A DNA stretch of 55,268 nt, counting the filler, from Catajapyx aquilonaris (Eukaryota): NCBI GenBank assembly GCA_000934665.2. It is 2 parts of 2 records of this genome, joined end to end, with 100 filler letters (N's around TTAATTAATTAA, not from the genome) between each part and the next. Parts side by side here need not be neighbours in the genome. Positions count along the whole stretch, not along the records: positions 1 to 27,630 come from JYFJ02005039.1; 1 more part is not named here. The stretch is one strand, 5' to 3'. Position 1 is the first letter of the stretch. The number at the start of each line of letters is the position of its first letter. Below the pieces are notes generated by a model. It saw only the letters and a list, made by a program, of their open reading frames with translations, did not search any database and was not told the origin of the DNA. Below are positions 12,151 through 26,250 of this stretch, piece after piece. A program made the translations under genes and the position numbers.

Positions 12151-15008
12151 ACACTGTTAGATAACACTTTCATTCTGGAGACAACCCATGAATTCTCAAG
12201 GCAAACTACAAACTTTAGGAGGGAGTCTTCCTCAACAGTTTTTTCCCCCCCTCCTCCACCTTACACACCGTTGCACAAATCAAGCGGTACACGGTCCCGA
12301 TTTTTTGGACAACGGCATAATGGACATAGGTTGCAAGAGGAGTGTGAGAAAGAATCGGGAGGGAGAGAGAGAGAGAGAGAGACGGTGCCTTCGACCTCAA
12401 ACAACCTTCCATGGGTAAGCTTTGGGTGATTCCTGCCGGTCAATGGCCCTCTCAAGAAGAGTCGTGTCATCCTTCTCTCGCCAACGCTTATGAGGCCGGC
12501 TCCCTGCCGGGGGGAAGGTCGCCATTTGCTTGCAGAATTTTTTTTTGCGCACTTTTTTTTTGCAATACAAAGAAGAGGGCAAAACCTCGTGAGTACGTTT
12601 TGTGAATGAACCACTCCGAATTTTTGGGACCTGCAGGAAACATTGGCTGGAAAAGAATTATTGTTGATAATTAAGTGTGCTCTCTTTGTAAAACATAATT
12701 TTCAAAATATAATAATTAAAATGTATATAGGTACTTCTCTCTGGCCATGTGAATAATCCGTGCTCCTCAACATCCGCCAGGGTTGATTTAAAGACGGACT
12801 TTGGAGAGGCACGATTCCGTGAGGCCATAAACTTCCAAAGATGGTTCTAGATACTCCTTTTTATTATGATCCCTTTGCAACCAGACATGCAACGTGACCT
12901 GCACCCATTTTTTGACTCGGTTGTTTTGCTGGGACTGTACGGAAACTTCTTTTCTTTTTTTTTTTAAAGTTGATGGATGCTGGTCGCAACCGACGCAGAG
13001 TGACCTTCGTGGGGGCCGAGGCCACCATGCAGGCAGAAGTCAGGCGCCTTCACTGCAACCTACGGATATAATATGTGGCCATCTCCTACCTGGTTCCCAA
13101 CACCAAGAAAGGAGATAACCACCAACTGATGCGGCTGCTGCTGCCTGGGTGGGTTCACCTTTGACCTCAGTCCAGGGGCCTTTTTGGCAAACTACCATCT
13201 CCTCCAACACCACCCGATGACATTGTTGTAGCCCAACGGAATATACTCACACATGGTGGTCCGTGCAGAAACACTTCTTCATAAAGGGACCGGTAAATGT
13301 TGCGTGCAGTACACAATAAATATTATAATATGTAAGAAATATGATACAATATAAAACATGGTATTTGCTGGGTGGAATTTTCGTCCCACTACTATACTAG
13401 CAGTGGGACGAAAATTCCACCCACCATCTTCTAAATTAAATAAATGTAAAATGTCATAATATGCAGAATAATACTGGTGATAATAATAATATACAAGTTC
13501 CTATACCAGACGACAATTTCTTTCAGTCTCGTTACCAGGATGGGCTGCAAACACAAGGTATTAAATATCCTGGCACGTATGCAACCCTCCAGGCTACCAT
13601 GATTTTCTCATATAAAATACAGTAATTACATTAGCAAGTACCATAACGTTAAACTATGGAAATAAAATTAGCCCGCATCATGCACACGGTTATTACGCGG
13701 TCGAAAAATATTAAAGAAATGGCAATAATTGTAAAAATATGCATTGTTATGACTGTATCCATATTATATGCTCTACAGAGCTAATTTATTTTGTTAGTCT
13801 TAATGTGTCGCATTTTAAACTTATCGCAGGCGTGTTTTAAAATACAACTATAGCATAAAAAGGGGGAGTTTCACATAACCCATGGATATTATTGAGAGAA
13901 AACAGCTGCTTTATAACATTCCTTAAAAATTGTGATGGGTCAAAATCCGTGCAGCTTATTTCCACTAGCTCGGCTTGAACTATCACAAGCGAGGACCAAG
14001 TGCCATTTTCCACTTCCCTGTTCGTTTTCTGAGAGTCGACACGTGGATTCAAAACCAGTCCTCTCTTCCTGCACTGCCCTTACCTGATCCAAGTGCACAA
14101 GAGGATCCCACACCTACGGAGAAGCAGCGGTCACAAGCGTCCTTGAGTCGCATGACCTATACATTTTTGCCCACTCTGTGACCTCCAGCAGTGGCCTTTA
14201 CACCCACTTGCATTTTGCCCCCAACCATAACTCACCACTGAAAACAAGCCGCTGATTTCTTTTCCATTTATTTAACCAAAGGAGAGGGCACAGGGGGGAG
14301 CTTTCCATTCGACATTATTCCCATTCTTTCAACATACGCGCTTGAAACATACCCTTGCACTCAAGAGCCACGCATTCCCAGCTTCTCATTGACACGTCTC
14401 GATTGGCTTTAATTTCTCAGGACTCCATACAATCACAACACGTACTTCCTTTGCATAGTTCATTATTTCAAAAAGGCTTCTCAATGCTTCCCAGCCTTCT
14501 CTTCGACATGTTCTCCCACAAAATTCAGTCGCAAAATTCATCAAGCATTCTGTGGGGGTTTTTTTTTTTGACACAAAGTATAATTTAAATTGTGAGCATT
14601 GGTTTCAGTGACAGCATTACGTGAAGATACGTATACGCCTGTTGTGGGGAACCCAAATAAAGAATGTAAAAAGTGCAAGCCTCACACTTGTTGTTGTGGC
14701 CATAGTAAAAAAATAGATCCAACAATTTGTTAAACCTCATTACCGCAAAAAAAAAAAGGTGGTCCTAACACAAAAATTCAACTCAAAATATTTTCGAAAT
14801 CAGCACAGATTTTTAACATTGAGCGTCTCACCCGCTGAACGAAAACAATAATTAAATGAAAAACAGCGAGAGAATGGTGCGGGCAGAAAAAGAACAAGTT
14901 ATGTTACAATTGTACATGCATTTTATGAATTATTTACCAAACTTTTTTTTTTTCCAGGCGTCCTGTTATTTTGTTTTTTTCGCCATTTTTTGTTCCCTAA
15001 TTTAATCG

Positions 15009-18000
15009 TCATCCTAGTATGTCTATTTCTTCTTCAGATATGGAGTGCTGAATAGACAAGACCTGCTCTCTGTGGAAAAGTCCGCTGCGACGCTCCTTCA
15101 GGGACTGCTGATGGACCTTTCGACTTGGTGGTAGTGATGGAGGTGGTGGAGGGGGGTTAGGAGGTTTTCGAATCTGAAAGGAAAATAAAGTCAGAACATA
15201 TTAGAGGCTGCTTCAATTATTACATTTCATGCCATAAACATGCATATATTCAGATGAACCCCACTTACGGAATTCATAGCTATTGAATTATGACTTCAGC
15301 AGTGCGTCAAACTCAGTTGGGATTCGAGGCTGGTTTCAAATGTAAAGCTTACCGTTTCCTTGTCTATGCGTTTGACTCGCTTCAACTGCAGCTTTTTTCT
15401 CGAGGGTGCCTTGGAAGAGGAAGTGGCACTATCTGGTGGACACCTCTTTTGTGACGAGGTGGATGCATTCTGGTTGGCAGCTTTGGAGGAAGAGCACAGG
15501 TGACTCTTTCTTGTTGCCGACTCATTAGTTAAGGAATGAAACCTGGAATTAAAAAGCCTTCATAAGCTGGGTTGCATAAACAATGGTAAATCCTCCATAA
15601 GTAATTAATCCTACATGAAAAACAGAATCAGTTTCATGCAACCAGGACCAATAAATTGATTAACGATGGCGATTTGGCAAACGTGGATAATTAGCCACTA
15701 GTTTTACTGCCTGCAATAAATAATTACTTAATTTTATATTCAACTTGGAAAGTACTTTCTACAAAAATATCCGTCATGTCAAAGCTCTTTCTGCAGGTCA
15801 AAATAATGTGCAGGCATTATTCCACTTTTTAAATTTTGTGGCCCATTCTTCTATGTGCAACAAATTACATACATCCATAATATAACTGGTAAGGTACATG
15901 AAATTCGAAACAGTGTGGTGGATGATGAATGCCTGCTGACAGTGTTAAATCTGATATGTATGGTTAACTTTGAGCATTTTATGACGCCACTTTACTGTAC
16001 TGTGCTATGTTTAGAATTTTGCCAAATGCAGAGAAACTTAAGAGATTCTGCTACACACTGTACTTATCACAGAACATTGCAGTTATCAAATGAAAGCCTG
16101 AAATTGCCTCGTAACCCTTTGTCTCCAGCTCGATTCTGCACGGTTTGGGTGGGGGGTTTTAAAATAGCGCCCCAGGTGAAAATCACTGGATCTGACACCA
16201 TTGGTTTCACTCTCGATTAGTGCACAAGATGGGGCTCAAGCGTCTAAGACATACAAACCCGAGTTGCAACTTGAGAGAGCCATGTACCGCCTCATATGCT
16301 GTGCATGAGGTGACGTCATCCTATTGCAACATCTACGCGGTTTTTTAAAGGAGGCTTCTTCCACACCTTCTAATAATCCAAGATAATTGCTCACTCCCTC
16401 TCATAAACCATGAAACCATTAAGTCCGTTAAATTTTTTAAAAATGTCCAGTTTAAATGGAGGTAATGTGAGCCACCAGGTGGAAGAAAAGGCAGCTCAGG
16501 TGGCAAGCAGGGACCGCTCAGTTTTACGACCGAAATGGGGCCGGAGGAGTTTGCCTACCCTTCACAGATCATTCTGATTTTCTTCCAGGCGAAAAGTAAG
16601 TCGCAGAATTTCGGGATTTCAAAAAATTTTCAGCTGCACGTCCAGTTACCGGGAAATATGCAGCAGGGAACTATGTGTATTTAAATTCGTGAGTAAATGT
16701 TTGTTTACAAGGAATGAGACCTTTGCCCTATGATGCCATCCCATTGAAAATATCATGCGAGTGGTGTAAATACTCATGAACATAGCCTTAGGTAACTCTA
16801 GTTTCTGTGGTGAAAGATTTTTCTGTTGGGGCTATACCAGTGAATGTCAAAAAATTATTTTGTTCGGTTGCATTATATTTCTACATAATCACCACCTACA
16901 GCAATACACTTGCACCAAAGATGTCCTAGATCTTTCCTCCTGTCGGTGTGGGACTAAGGGCTGCAGGAGCACCGCCAGCAGCCTCAACTTGTGGTGTACA
17001 CTGCCCTTCAGGTGTCTCTTCATTTTTGGGAAGAAGTTGCAAAGCATAAGATCTGGGCTGTATGCCGGATGAGGAAGCGCACAGAATCGGAGTCTATTCA
17101 CGTCATCTGGAGTGTGAAGGTCTATGTGGTCGAGAATTATTGTCACGATAAATCTTTCCTGCGCGCACCCTGTTCACTGGTGCCTGAAACCTCAGCAGTG
17201 TGTCCCTTGCACCTCTGAATGCAAGTTTGCACCCGATCAGCAACTTGACATGCACAGCACCTTCTCCAGATACTAATTCCCCGTTCTTTCTCATCCAGCG
17301 CACAGCCCAGATCTGGCATCCTGAGATATATTTACTTTTCCCAAAGATGAATCCACACCTGAAGGGAAATCAGTACAGCTCCAATGTAGAAGTTGAGGCT
17401 GCTGTTCTCTCTCAGTGCAGCTCCCACATCCCTGAATTCTACGCTGACAGGAGGGAAGAACTAGTACATTTTTGGTGCAAGTGCATTGCTGTAATTGGTG
17501 ATTATGCAGAAATGTAAATATATGGTTTTGAAGAGGACATTTCAGGCTTTCATTTGATGTTACCAGCATTGTTCTGTGATATGTTTCTTCGGTCAACTTA
17601 CACCTAACCTCACTTTGACAATAATCCTGAAAATCCCGAAAAAGAATAAGCACTTCCACAAAATTTTATTCGTAGGATGCAAGTTTTAGCTGCATGCTCA
17701 TTATAAACAAGCTTAATTTACTTGAGGTTTTTAACCATGTGAACAAACAGTCTCAACAGACACTTGATAAATTAATAGCAGTGCTCCCAAACGATCCAGG
17801 ACTTGCCATTGCAATATTTACCTTGTGTTTTTAACTTGTTCTTGAGGTGCAGGACTGCTTGGAACACTTGGTTCGGTGACATCACCATCATTATTCCAGT
17901 CATCATCTTCGAGAAGACTGAATCCCAGGTCTGCCAATGCAAACATGATCAGTTACTATTCAGATTATGTACAGAGAATTTAAAATGAAATGCTCTAGGT

Positions 18001-19867
18001 GGCCATTGTCAGTAATCTTATCATTATTAATCAGTAACTTTGAGAGGTTATAAAATACACTATCGGATTATGTACAATGAAAAGCATCTGAGGCCAGTTT
18101 CACAAACTTTCTCATCGGGAAAGAATGACCCACGTAATGTTCAATCAACCGTTGCGTTGGTACCAACATTCACATACCATTGACCTGAAGTGCTTCTAGG
18201 AATGAACTTCCAGAGACGTCATTTGGAATCCATGAGGTTGTCTGGAAAGTCTCTTCTCCATCTGAACTCTGGTCCCCATCTCCGCTTGCATTCCAGGCCT
18301 CTATAGACTCAAACAAGCTGGACGAAGACTCGAAATGGCAGCATTCACTCTCGCTACGTTCAGAGTTGTTGCTCCCATTGTTGTAGTACCTGTCGTTCAG
18401 GTTCCCCCAGAACACCTCAGGGGTCCACACGCTGAAATGTTCAAAATATATAACAATTATCAGGGTGATTCGAGTCGAGTGCAACAGTGAATCTAAACGA
18501 AAGGCAGTGTCTGGTATGCGATTATTCAACAACTCATATTCTAGATGCTACTGTGAACCTGAATCTGGACTCCGGATTCCCTGGAAACTTATCCATCACA
18601 AAAATGTCCGTTTTGGAAGATTTTTTTCAATGCATTTTTGCTGAACACAAGAAATCTTTCATAGCCCAGAAAATTGTCTTGTAACAGAGCAACTGTCCTG
18701 CAGGCAGGCTTAACAGTACTGCTATTTGGAACATTCTTACAATTCAATATATGCCAAGCCCAAATTTTTTGTGGCAGCCTGTATCAGCACATAACATTTC
18801 AACAGTATTTCTGCATACCACACATAATAAGAAAAGTATGCTGCCACCTTACATGTAAACAGCAGGGGGGAGGAAAACAATCACATGTCGAATCCATGCA
18901 GCAATATGGAATTTGCCCTTGTCCTGAACATGATTAGGAAAAGGTATCAAACAATGGGTAATAACCTTGTCTTACATAAAAAAAAGTATTCAAAAAGCAC
19001 CCTAATATTCCATGTCACACCAAAACTCACTACAGTAGAAGCCCGATTATCCGCCACCCACGGGACCAGGACATGTTCGGAACACAAAAAAGGTTGGATA
19101 ATCTGAGGAGCAACAAAACACAACAAAAACACATAAAATAGGGTGCAATGTTACATGTTTCTAAGAAAGAGCGCAATATGTATTTTTTACATACATTACT
19201 ATACTGTACTGTATTTACAGGTAATACGAAGCAAAAGTGTAGTAAATTGCAGTATTTGATGAGACAAATATATTTTTTGCCGAAGCAGGATGGTCGGATA
19301 ATCAGATAATGACCTCAAAAAAATTAGTTTTCTGCAATAATTGGCATTTCAATAGGAAATTACACGAATAAAAATTTAACGACACAAACTCAAAGTACAG
19401 TTAGCACAGTCCTGTGATATGAAAATGGGAACCTGAAGCTGTAGGTTTAATCTGTATTTAAAACAGTTAATCTACCAAATGACCATAAGCATCATTCCTG
19501 GCCAGATGCCTTCAGATAATTAATATGCATTTTACACAAATTGGCCTAATACAAAGACAAAAAAATTCAGATGTAATTAATTATAACCGGCTGTCTTGTC
19601 CCAGATTTAAAATGTACAAAAATTTCACGGAATAGCAACACCTACCGGTACGTAAACATGACGTACACTTGGCGATAATTTCTGGTATTACAATATGATG
19701 GCACTCCTGAGTGCGCTCCACATTTTCCATTACATTCCAAGCGTGCAGGTGACCTTAATAAAATTCTTTAGTGTTCCCCCTCCCACCCTTTTCCAACAGG
19801 TTTCCAACATGACCTGTGACCTCCCCGCAGCATGGGTGTGACCTCCTGATTACCTTGACGAGAGCAT
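15009..19867 (-). CDS. Orphan Ser/acidic/Pro-rich protein, 5 coding exons, ~243 aa
   Basis: Exons 19867-19854, 18431-18178, 17930-17822, 15542-15353, 15173-15009; all GT-AG, phases match, 732 nt open (MLSSSVWTPEVFWGNLNDRYY...RKKLQLKRVKR...PPNPPPPPP...SEEEIDILG*); in-frame TGA upstream of the ATG. No family recognised. Confidence 0.75.
16870..17260 (-). pseudogene. Mariner/Tc1 transposase relic (C-terminal part)
   Basis: LPHPAYSPDL...FFPKMKRHLKG resembles the mariner HPPYSPDLAP motif; frameshifted downstream. Confidence 0.75.
17285..17517 (+). pseudogene. Second mariner transposase relic, opposite orientation
   Basis: LFPKMNPHLKG...FYADRREELVHFWCKCIAVIGDYAEM* resembles the mariner C-terminus (FY..GI..L..RW.KC...GDY); DNA is an inverted homologue of 16880-17075. 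Confidence 0.75.
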
Positions 19868-19869
19868 GT

Positions 19870-21420
19870 CCCCTGTTCCTTCACCACCACCGTCCTTCTT
19901 ATCCTTCTTCTTCTTCTTCTTCCCTGGAGAAATGGCCGTTGGATCGCGCCTGCCTGAAGATGCCGTGTGGGCGGTGGGTCACTGGACGCCGGGAGACGCC
20001 TCCTCCTCTCTCTCTCTCTCTCAAGAGCGTCGATGGGCGTCCCTTCCTTTTACCCAACCTGGTGCCCTCCCTCCAACCAGCGGGAGGTCAGAGGTCACTA
20101 GCCAACAAGGCGGGCAAACGGTATAACAGAAGGCGGGAGAGGCAGGCGGAGAAGGGGAGAGAAGAAAAAGGAACACCGGATGTGTGTGTGTGTGTGTGCC
20201 GACGTGGGTTCATTCGGCGGGCGGGTCGCTTTGGAAGAGGGGGTAGCACAGCAGCTACACAGTTAACAGCTCGTGCCCCACTCACCGCAATGGGAAGTAG
20301 CCGCTTATTAAGCAGCTGTTTAGAAAGTAGCCGCGATTGCACGCCCGGCTGGAGGGAAGCCTCGCTCTGATTGGTCGGCGCCATGTTGAGTCCAACAGCC
20401 ATTTTGGATCCGGCGGCCTTGTTGTTGAATCCAAGCAGGACGTGTGAACGCACCCACCAAAAGTGCTGGAATGAGGTTGCGTTCATATACTCGACCATGG
20501 ATGTGACCGCTCTGTTTGTGTGACGTCATGCATTCCCCTGTTCTATTGCAACTATGTTAGATCCAGCCAATTTGAATCCAAGCGGCCATTTTGAATCCGG
20601 CAGCCATGTTGAGTCCGGCGTCCATTTTGGGTCCCAGTTTTCCCATGACATAGTGGGACCCATTGGGGTGTGGGCCGGGGACTTGGTTGGTGCGTCAGGA
20701 GCTCTTTGCACACAACTACAATCGGTGGGGGCTGCTGTACTTAGCACTCTCTGTACTGTACCAGCAGGGTCTTGATCTGCAGCACAGCAACTAGCTCGAG
20801 CCAAAGACAGCAGACATGGACACGCAAGTAAGTACACTTGCTAAGTGCACGTACTGAGAGGGGGTTGTGGGGGGGATGGGAGGGGGGGTTGTGGGCGAGC
20901 CTATTTTTTGACAAAAGGCCTAATTGAAAGTACGGAGAGGGGTGTGGGGGGAGAAGCATGACTCGAATTGAAATTGGGGAGTACAGGGCGTGTCACACAT
21001 CCTCTAATTAAAGCACAGGCCACTATGTACAAAGGATGATGGTTTAATGCCAAGCGCATCAACAGGTTACATTGTATGTGTGATACCAAGGTGATACGCA
21101 TTGTTGGGGGGAGACCATTGCCATACATAAAATTATCGAACGTATTGCTTATTGATTGCGCTATAATGTAAAGTGCATAAGCGCTAATTACGCCAACATC
21201 ATGGCCACACACGCCAAAGTAATCGAAGAAGTGTTTGCACAATGTGATGGTGTAATGTTTCAAAAAAGGTATGATCTGATCACATTTTTCACTTTTAAAA
21301 TCTAAGTACGTGCCGTTATCAATTTGTTGCATGTACTGATATTATTGTGCTAGTTACCGTAGATGTACTTAATTGAACGCCAAGTTGTACTGTATGTACC
21401 AAACATTTTTAATTCCCACC
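19870..21420. promoter_or_regulatory. Divergent promoter region (GC/CpG-rich) between the orphan gene and synaptophysin
   Basis: Head-to-head start codons at 19867(-) and 21429(+); GC-rich stretch with (CT)n, (GT)n and repeated GCCAT motifs. Inferred from position only. Confidence 0.45.
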
Positions 21421-21428
21421 AACTGGCC

Positions 21429-22612
<1,184 letters not shown>

Positions 22613-24422
22613 ACAACAGCAGATTATCCCACCTTCTATAGCACAAAGCAATCTCCTCTCCACACGTATCCCGAGTTCACGCTAAGCGAAACCATGAAAA
22701 TCTCAGTCGATAATCACAACTGTTTTTTTTTTTCTTCCGACCCTTTGAACGAGCGAAAAGCAAAAGCGGTTAAAAAAGATGAGTACATTGCTCAAAAAAT
22801 TCCATAGCGATCGTCAAACAGCATTTTTCTGGTTGTAATATTTCCCAGGGTTTATTATTTTTTCCCCAAAAAATCAAGTCAGATTTTTCTCACCAGATAA
22901 TAAAATAGTACACAACGAAAGCTGCATTATATTCAGTTTTTTATAGTTTTTTTTTTGGGAAGTTACGCTTTTTCTGAATCTCTTTTTTAAGTTTGCCTTC
23001 CGTAATTTCTAACACAAAATTTTTGAAAACTCTTGCTGCTAAAAGTGCCTACACAACTTTTTCTAACTCAGTTACTCTTGGATTAATAAAGTACATATGT
23101 CATCCAGGCAAACATGACTTAACATTCAAAAAAAAAAAAAGGCGTGGGATTTAACAACAAGTATTTATTCACACTGCAATTTTTTTGGGTTATGATAATT
23201 CACTCTTTTCGATGCAAATGCACATGCTGCAAGATGCAAGCATAAAAAGGTAACAGTACATAATAAATAGTATGCAATAGAATGTACAGTCTAGAAGAAA
23301 TTGTGTTGGTGAGAAAACTGTTTATTGCACGTTTAAACGGAAAAAAAAGAGACCAAACTAGATCGATAAAATGTAGTGTATGTTACATATTATGTGTTCG
23401 TTAAATCTTCGTGTGTTCTAATCTTTGGGAAAAAAATTGTGGCATCGTAGAATCTTGTTCGACTAACAAGCCCTACCCCTCCCCTCATGTTTTTAGAGAA
23501 GGCTATGTGTATATTTTTGACTGTTTAATTAGTCCTCTTTAATCGCACTTGTTACCACCAAGTCATGTTCGTGCAGCGTGTACTTTTTGCAAAATGCACC
23601 GGATGTTTTTAGTCTGGTACCTTAAAAAAATAATCATATAAATAAGTAGCACTCAGGCAAACCTTAGAGCTTCCAAAAGCGAGTAAAAAAATGTGCTTAA
23701 CCAAAACGTTTTTAAAAAAGTCGTTATTTTATTAGAAATGTTGGGTAGTTATGTCAGTGTTTGTACAAATTATGTCAGCTGAATATTTGGGATTTAAATG
23801 CTTTGTCTCCACAAGAAATTCCTACCAATGTTAGACTGAGTGAAGCCATGCCTTTCATGTGTCACTTTTGTTGTGATTTAGTTAGTGAAGTTATGTCTTC
23901 ACTAGTTGATAAAACTCGTTGCAGTTTAAACAAAACGAAGGCATGCCTTTGCAGGCGTCACTGGTGTTGCAATTTAGTGAAAGCATACCTTTACGGATTG
24001 TCGCTGGTGTTGTGATTTAGCGGAAAAAAAACATTCCTTCACAGGTTGTCACTAATCGTTGCAATTTTTTTAGTGAAAGTAATTTTCTGGGCTGTCGCTA
24101 CTGAGCGATTCGAAGTGAAAGCATGCTTTCGCAGAAGTTGCCAGTAGTTGGACAGTGAAGGTATGTTACGGCAAACCTTCACTGATGTTGTCAATGTTTG
24201 AGGTCAGGAAGACAATGTTAGGAATTAAATCCAGTGTTGGAACTTCGCGTCGATTACGACTAAGCAAACGTTCTTCCACGTGGTGTCAATTCAATGAGTT
24301 AATATCCGGCTTGTAAAAAAATATATGCCATGAAGGTGCCAAAAAATATGTACCATTGAAAACGACACTAAAAAATAATACATATCAGTTTGTACTTGTC
24401 CTGTCATTTTCTTCATTCCCTG

Positions 24423-25996
24423 CTATCGGCCTCTCCGCAATTCCTCTTCGGCCGCGTAGATCTGTGCTTTTGCTGAACTTATGCCTTCCTGTGCGTGCTT
24501 GGTGGTCGCCAGGACTCGTTTGAGTGCGGTCAGCATCGTCAGTTCCACAGGATCTGTACTTCCCGGCATCACTCCAGCCCGCAGCATCTGCGCCACGTTC
24601 TTTTCCAGATCGGCCACCTTTTTCCGAAGAAACCGTATGTCCGTCAGGTATCCCTCGGCCTCCAGTTTGCGACGGCGCTCAAGGTCCTCATGGTGATCCT
24701 TGAGCCGGGAAACATGCTTGCTGAGCTTAGTGACCTGCTCCCGGAAATGCACACGGTTTTTCACAGCCTCCTCGCGGACTGCAGATATCTCAGATTCCAT
24801 TAAACTGCATTGGCTCTTATACGCGTCTGCTATTTCAATCTTCTCATCCAAATCTTCCTGCAATATGTATAATAAGTGAAACCAATTGTAGGCACATAAG
24901 TGCAACTTACCTTCAGACTCTCGATCTGCTCTCTTAACTTCTTGTTCATTTCGGCGAGTGCCTCAGCATCGTTGACCACACACGCGGTATTGACCATACT
25001 GATAACGTCCCCCATTGCGTTTTCGTCATGCTGGCAATGTCCGTACAGAGCGGCCATCTTATGAAGTATGGAGCCTTTCTCAACCATCCAGGCCCTCTCT
25101 TCACGCTGGTATTCGGCCCGCATGTTCAAAAAATCCTTGGCCGCAGTGTGTAGCATTTCCTGCGTAACCTGCAGGTGACCAACGGTCTTATCCAGCTGGG
25201 TGCTGACTCGGTTAATCTCTGCCTTCCTCTCCTGCTCCATGAGACGTTTCTCTTCCACCAGCATCTCGACCTCATCGCGGGACAAGCGAGTCTGTTGGGG
25301 TAAAGAGGAAGTAACGCAACTGCAGTATTTGTTGACGAGGCGTCATACTTGCCTGTTCATCAAGTTGTGCCTGTAGCGACTTAATATGGAGCTTGAGCGT
25401 CTCTGGATCTATTATAGGCGGTTGTTCGTCCTGTGTCTTCTCGGATACAACGACCTTCTTCCCAGCCTGCGGAACAAGCGTCGGATTCTGCAGGAAGAAC
25501 GTCAGATCCTGCTCCGTGGTCCCGCACAGACCCAACAGCAGCGAGATCTTCTTACGGTCCTCCAGCTCACGCAGCTTCAGACGGTCATTCTCCGCATGTA
25601 ACCGCAACACCTGTAATTTGAATTATCATTTGCGAATCATCTTTTTTGGGAAAAACATACCTGCTCCCGCTCCTGAAACAGAAACAGCTGCAAATCCGAT
25701 GTCGCCTGCTGAAGCTCCGCAATCTCCTCATTCCTCCGCTTCAACTCCTGCTCGAACTCTATGCTGCGATCAGCCGCCGCCTTATAATCATCCAATCGAT
25801 CGAGCAGCTCGAAATGCTGCTTGTCAAACTCCTCCAGCTTCTTCCTGTAGTACTTTACGAGATCCTGCGTCGGCTGTAAACTCCGGATAAGCTTCTCCCC
25901 TGCAGTCGCACGGCCCCGTGTACGCTCACGTGGGCTGGGTACAACAGGCGGATTGTGCAGCCGGGACTTGACAACAATACGCTTCGCGGCGCACAT
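24423..25996 (-). CDS. CCDC77: Coiled-coil domain-containing protein 77, 4 coding exons, ~469 aa
   Basis: Exons 25996-25661, 25610-25353, 25291-24911, 24857-24423 (1410 nt). YYRKKLEEFD...EEIAELQ...[29 protein letters not shown] matches CCDC77 as I recall it; intron 2 is GC-AG. Confidence 0.88.
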
Positions 25997-26039
25997 CCTA
26001 GAGTAAAATTATATATCACAGCACATAGCAACATAAATA

Positions 26040-26250
26040 TACACAACAGTGTACAGTACAAAACAGTGGAACATACACAACAATGTACAGTACGGTACAG
26101 TGGAACATACATAGTGTACAGTACGTAATGGAACATACACAATGTACAGTACGGTACAGTGGAACGTACACAACAATGTACTGTACCAACTACCAAGCTC
26201 TTCACTGTACAGTATGGAATATGTGTAACCAACTCGACGTGTGGAACATA
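26040..26250. repeat. Degenerate minisatellite (gtacagtacggtacagtggaacatacacaacaat units) in the CCDC77 5'-UTR intron
   Basis: About 6 copies of tggaacatac / gtacagtac motifs; minus-strand donor GTAAGT at 26278 and acceptor just before the ATG. Confidence 0.8.

Noticed and set aside
19816..20498. ORFs in the GC-rich promoter region
   Set aside because: Low-complexity translations through microsatellites; explained by GC content.
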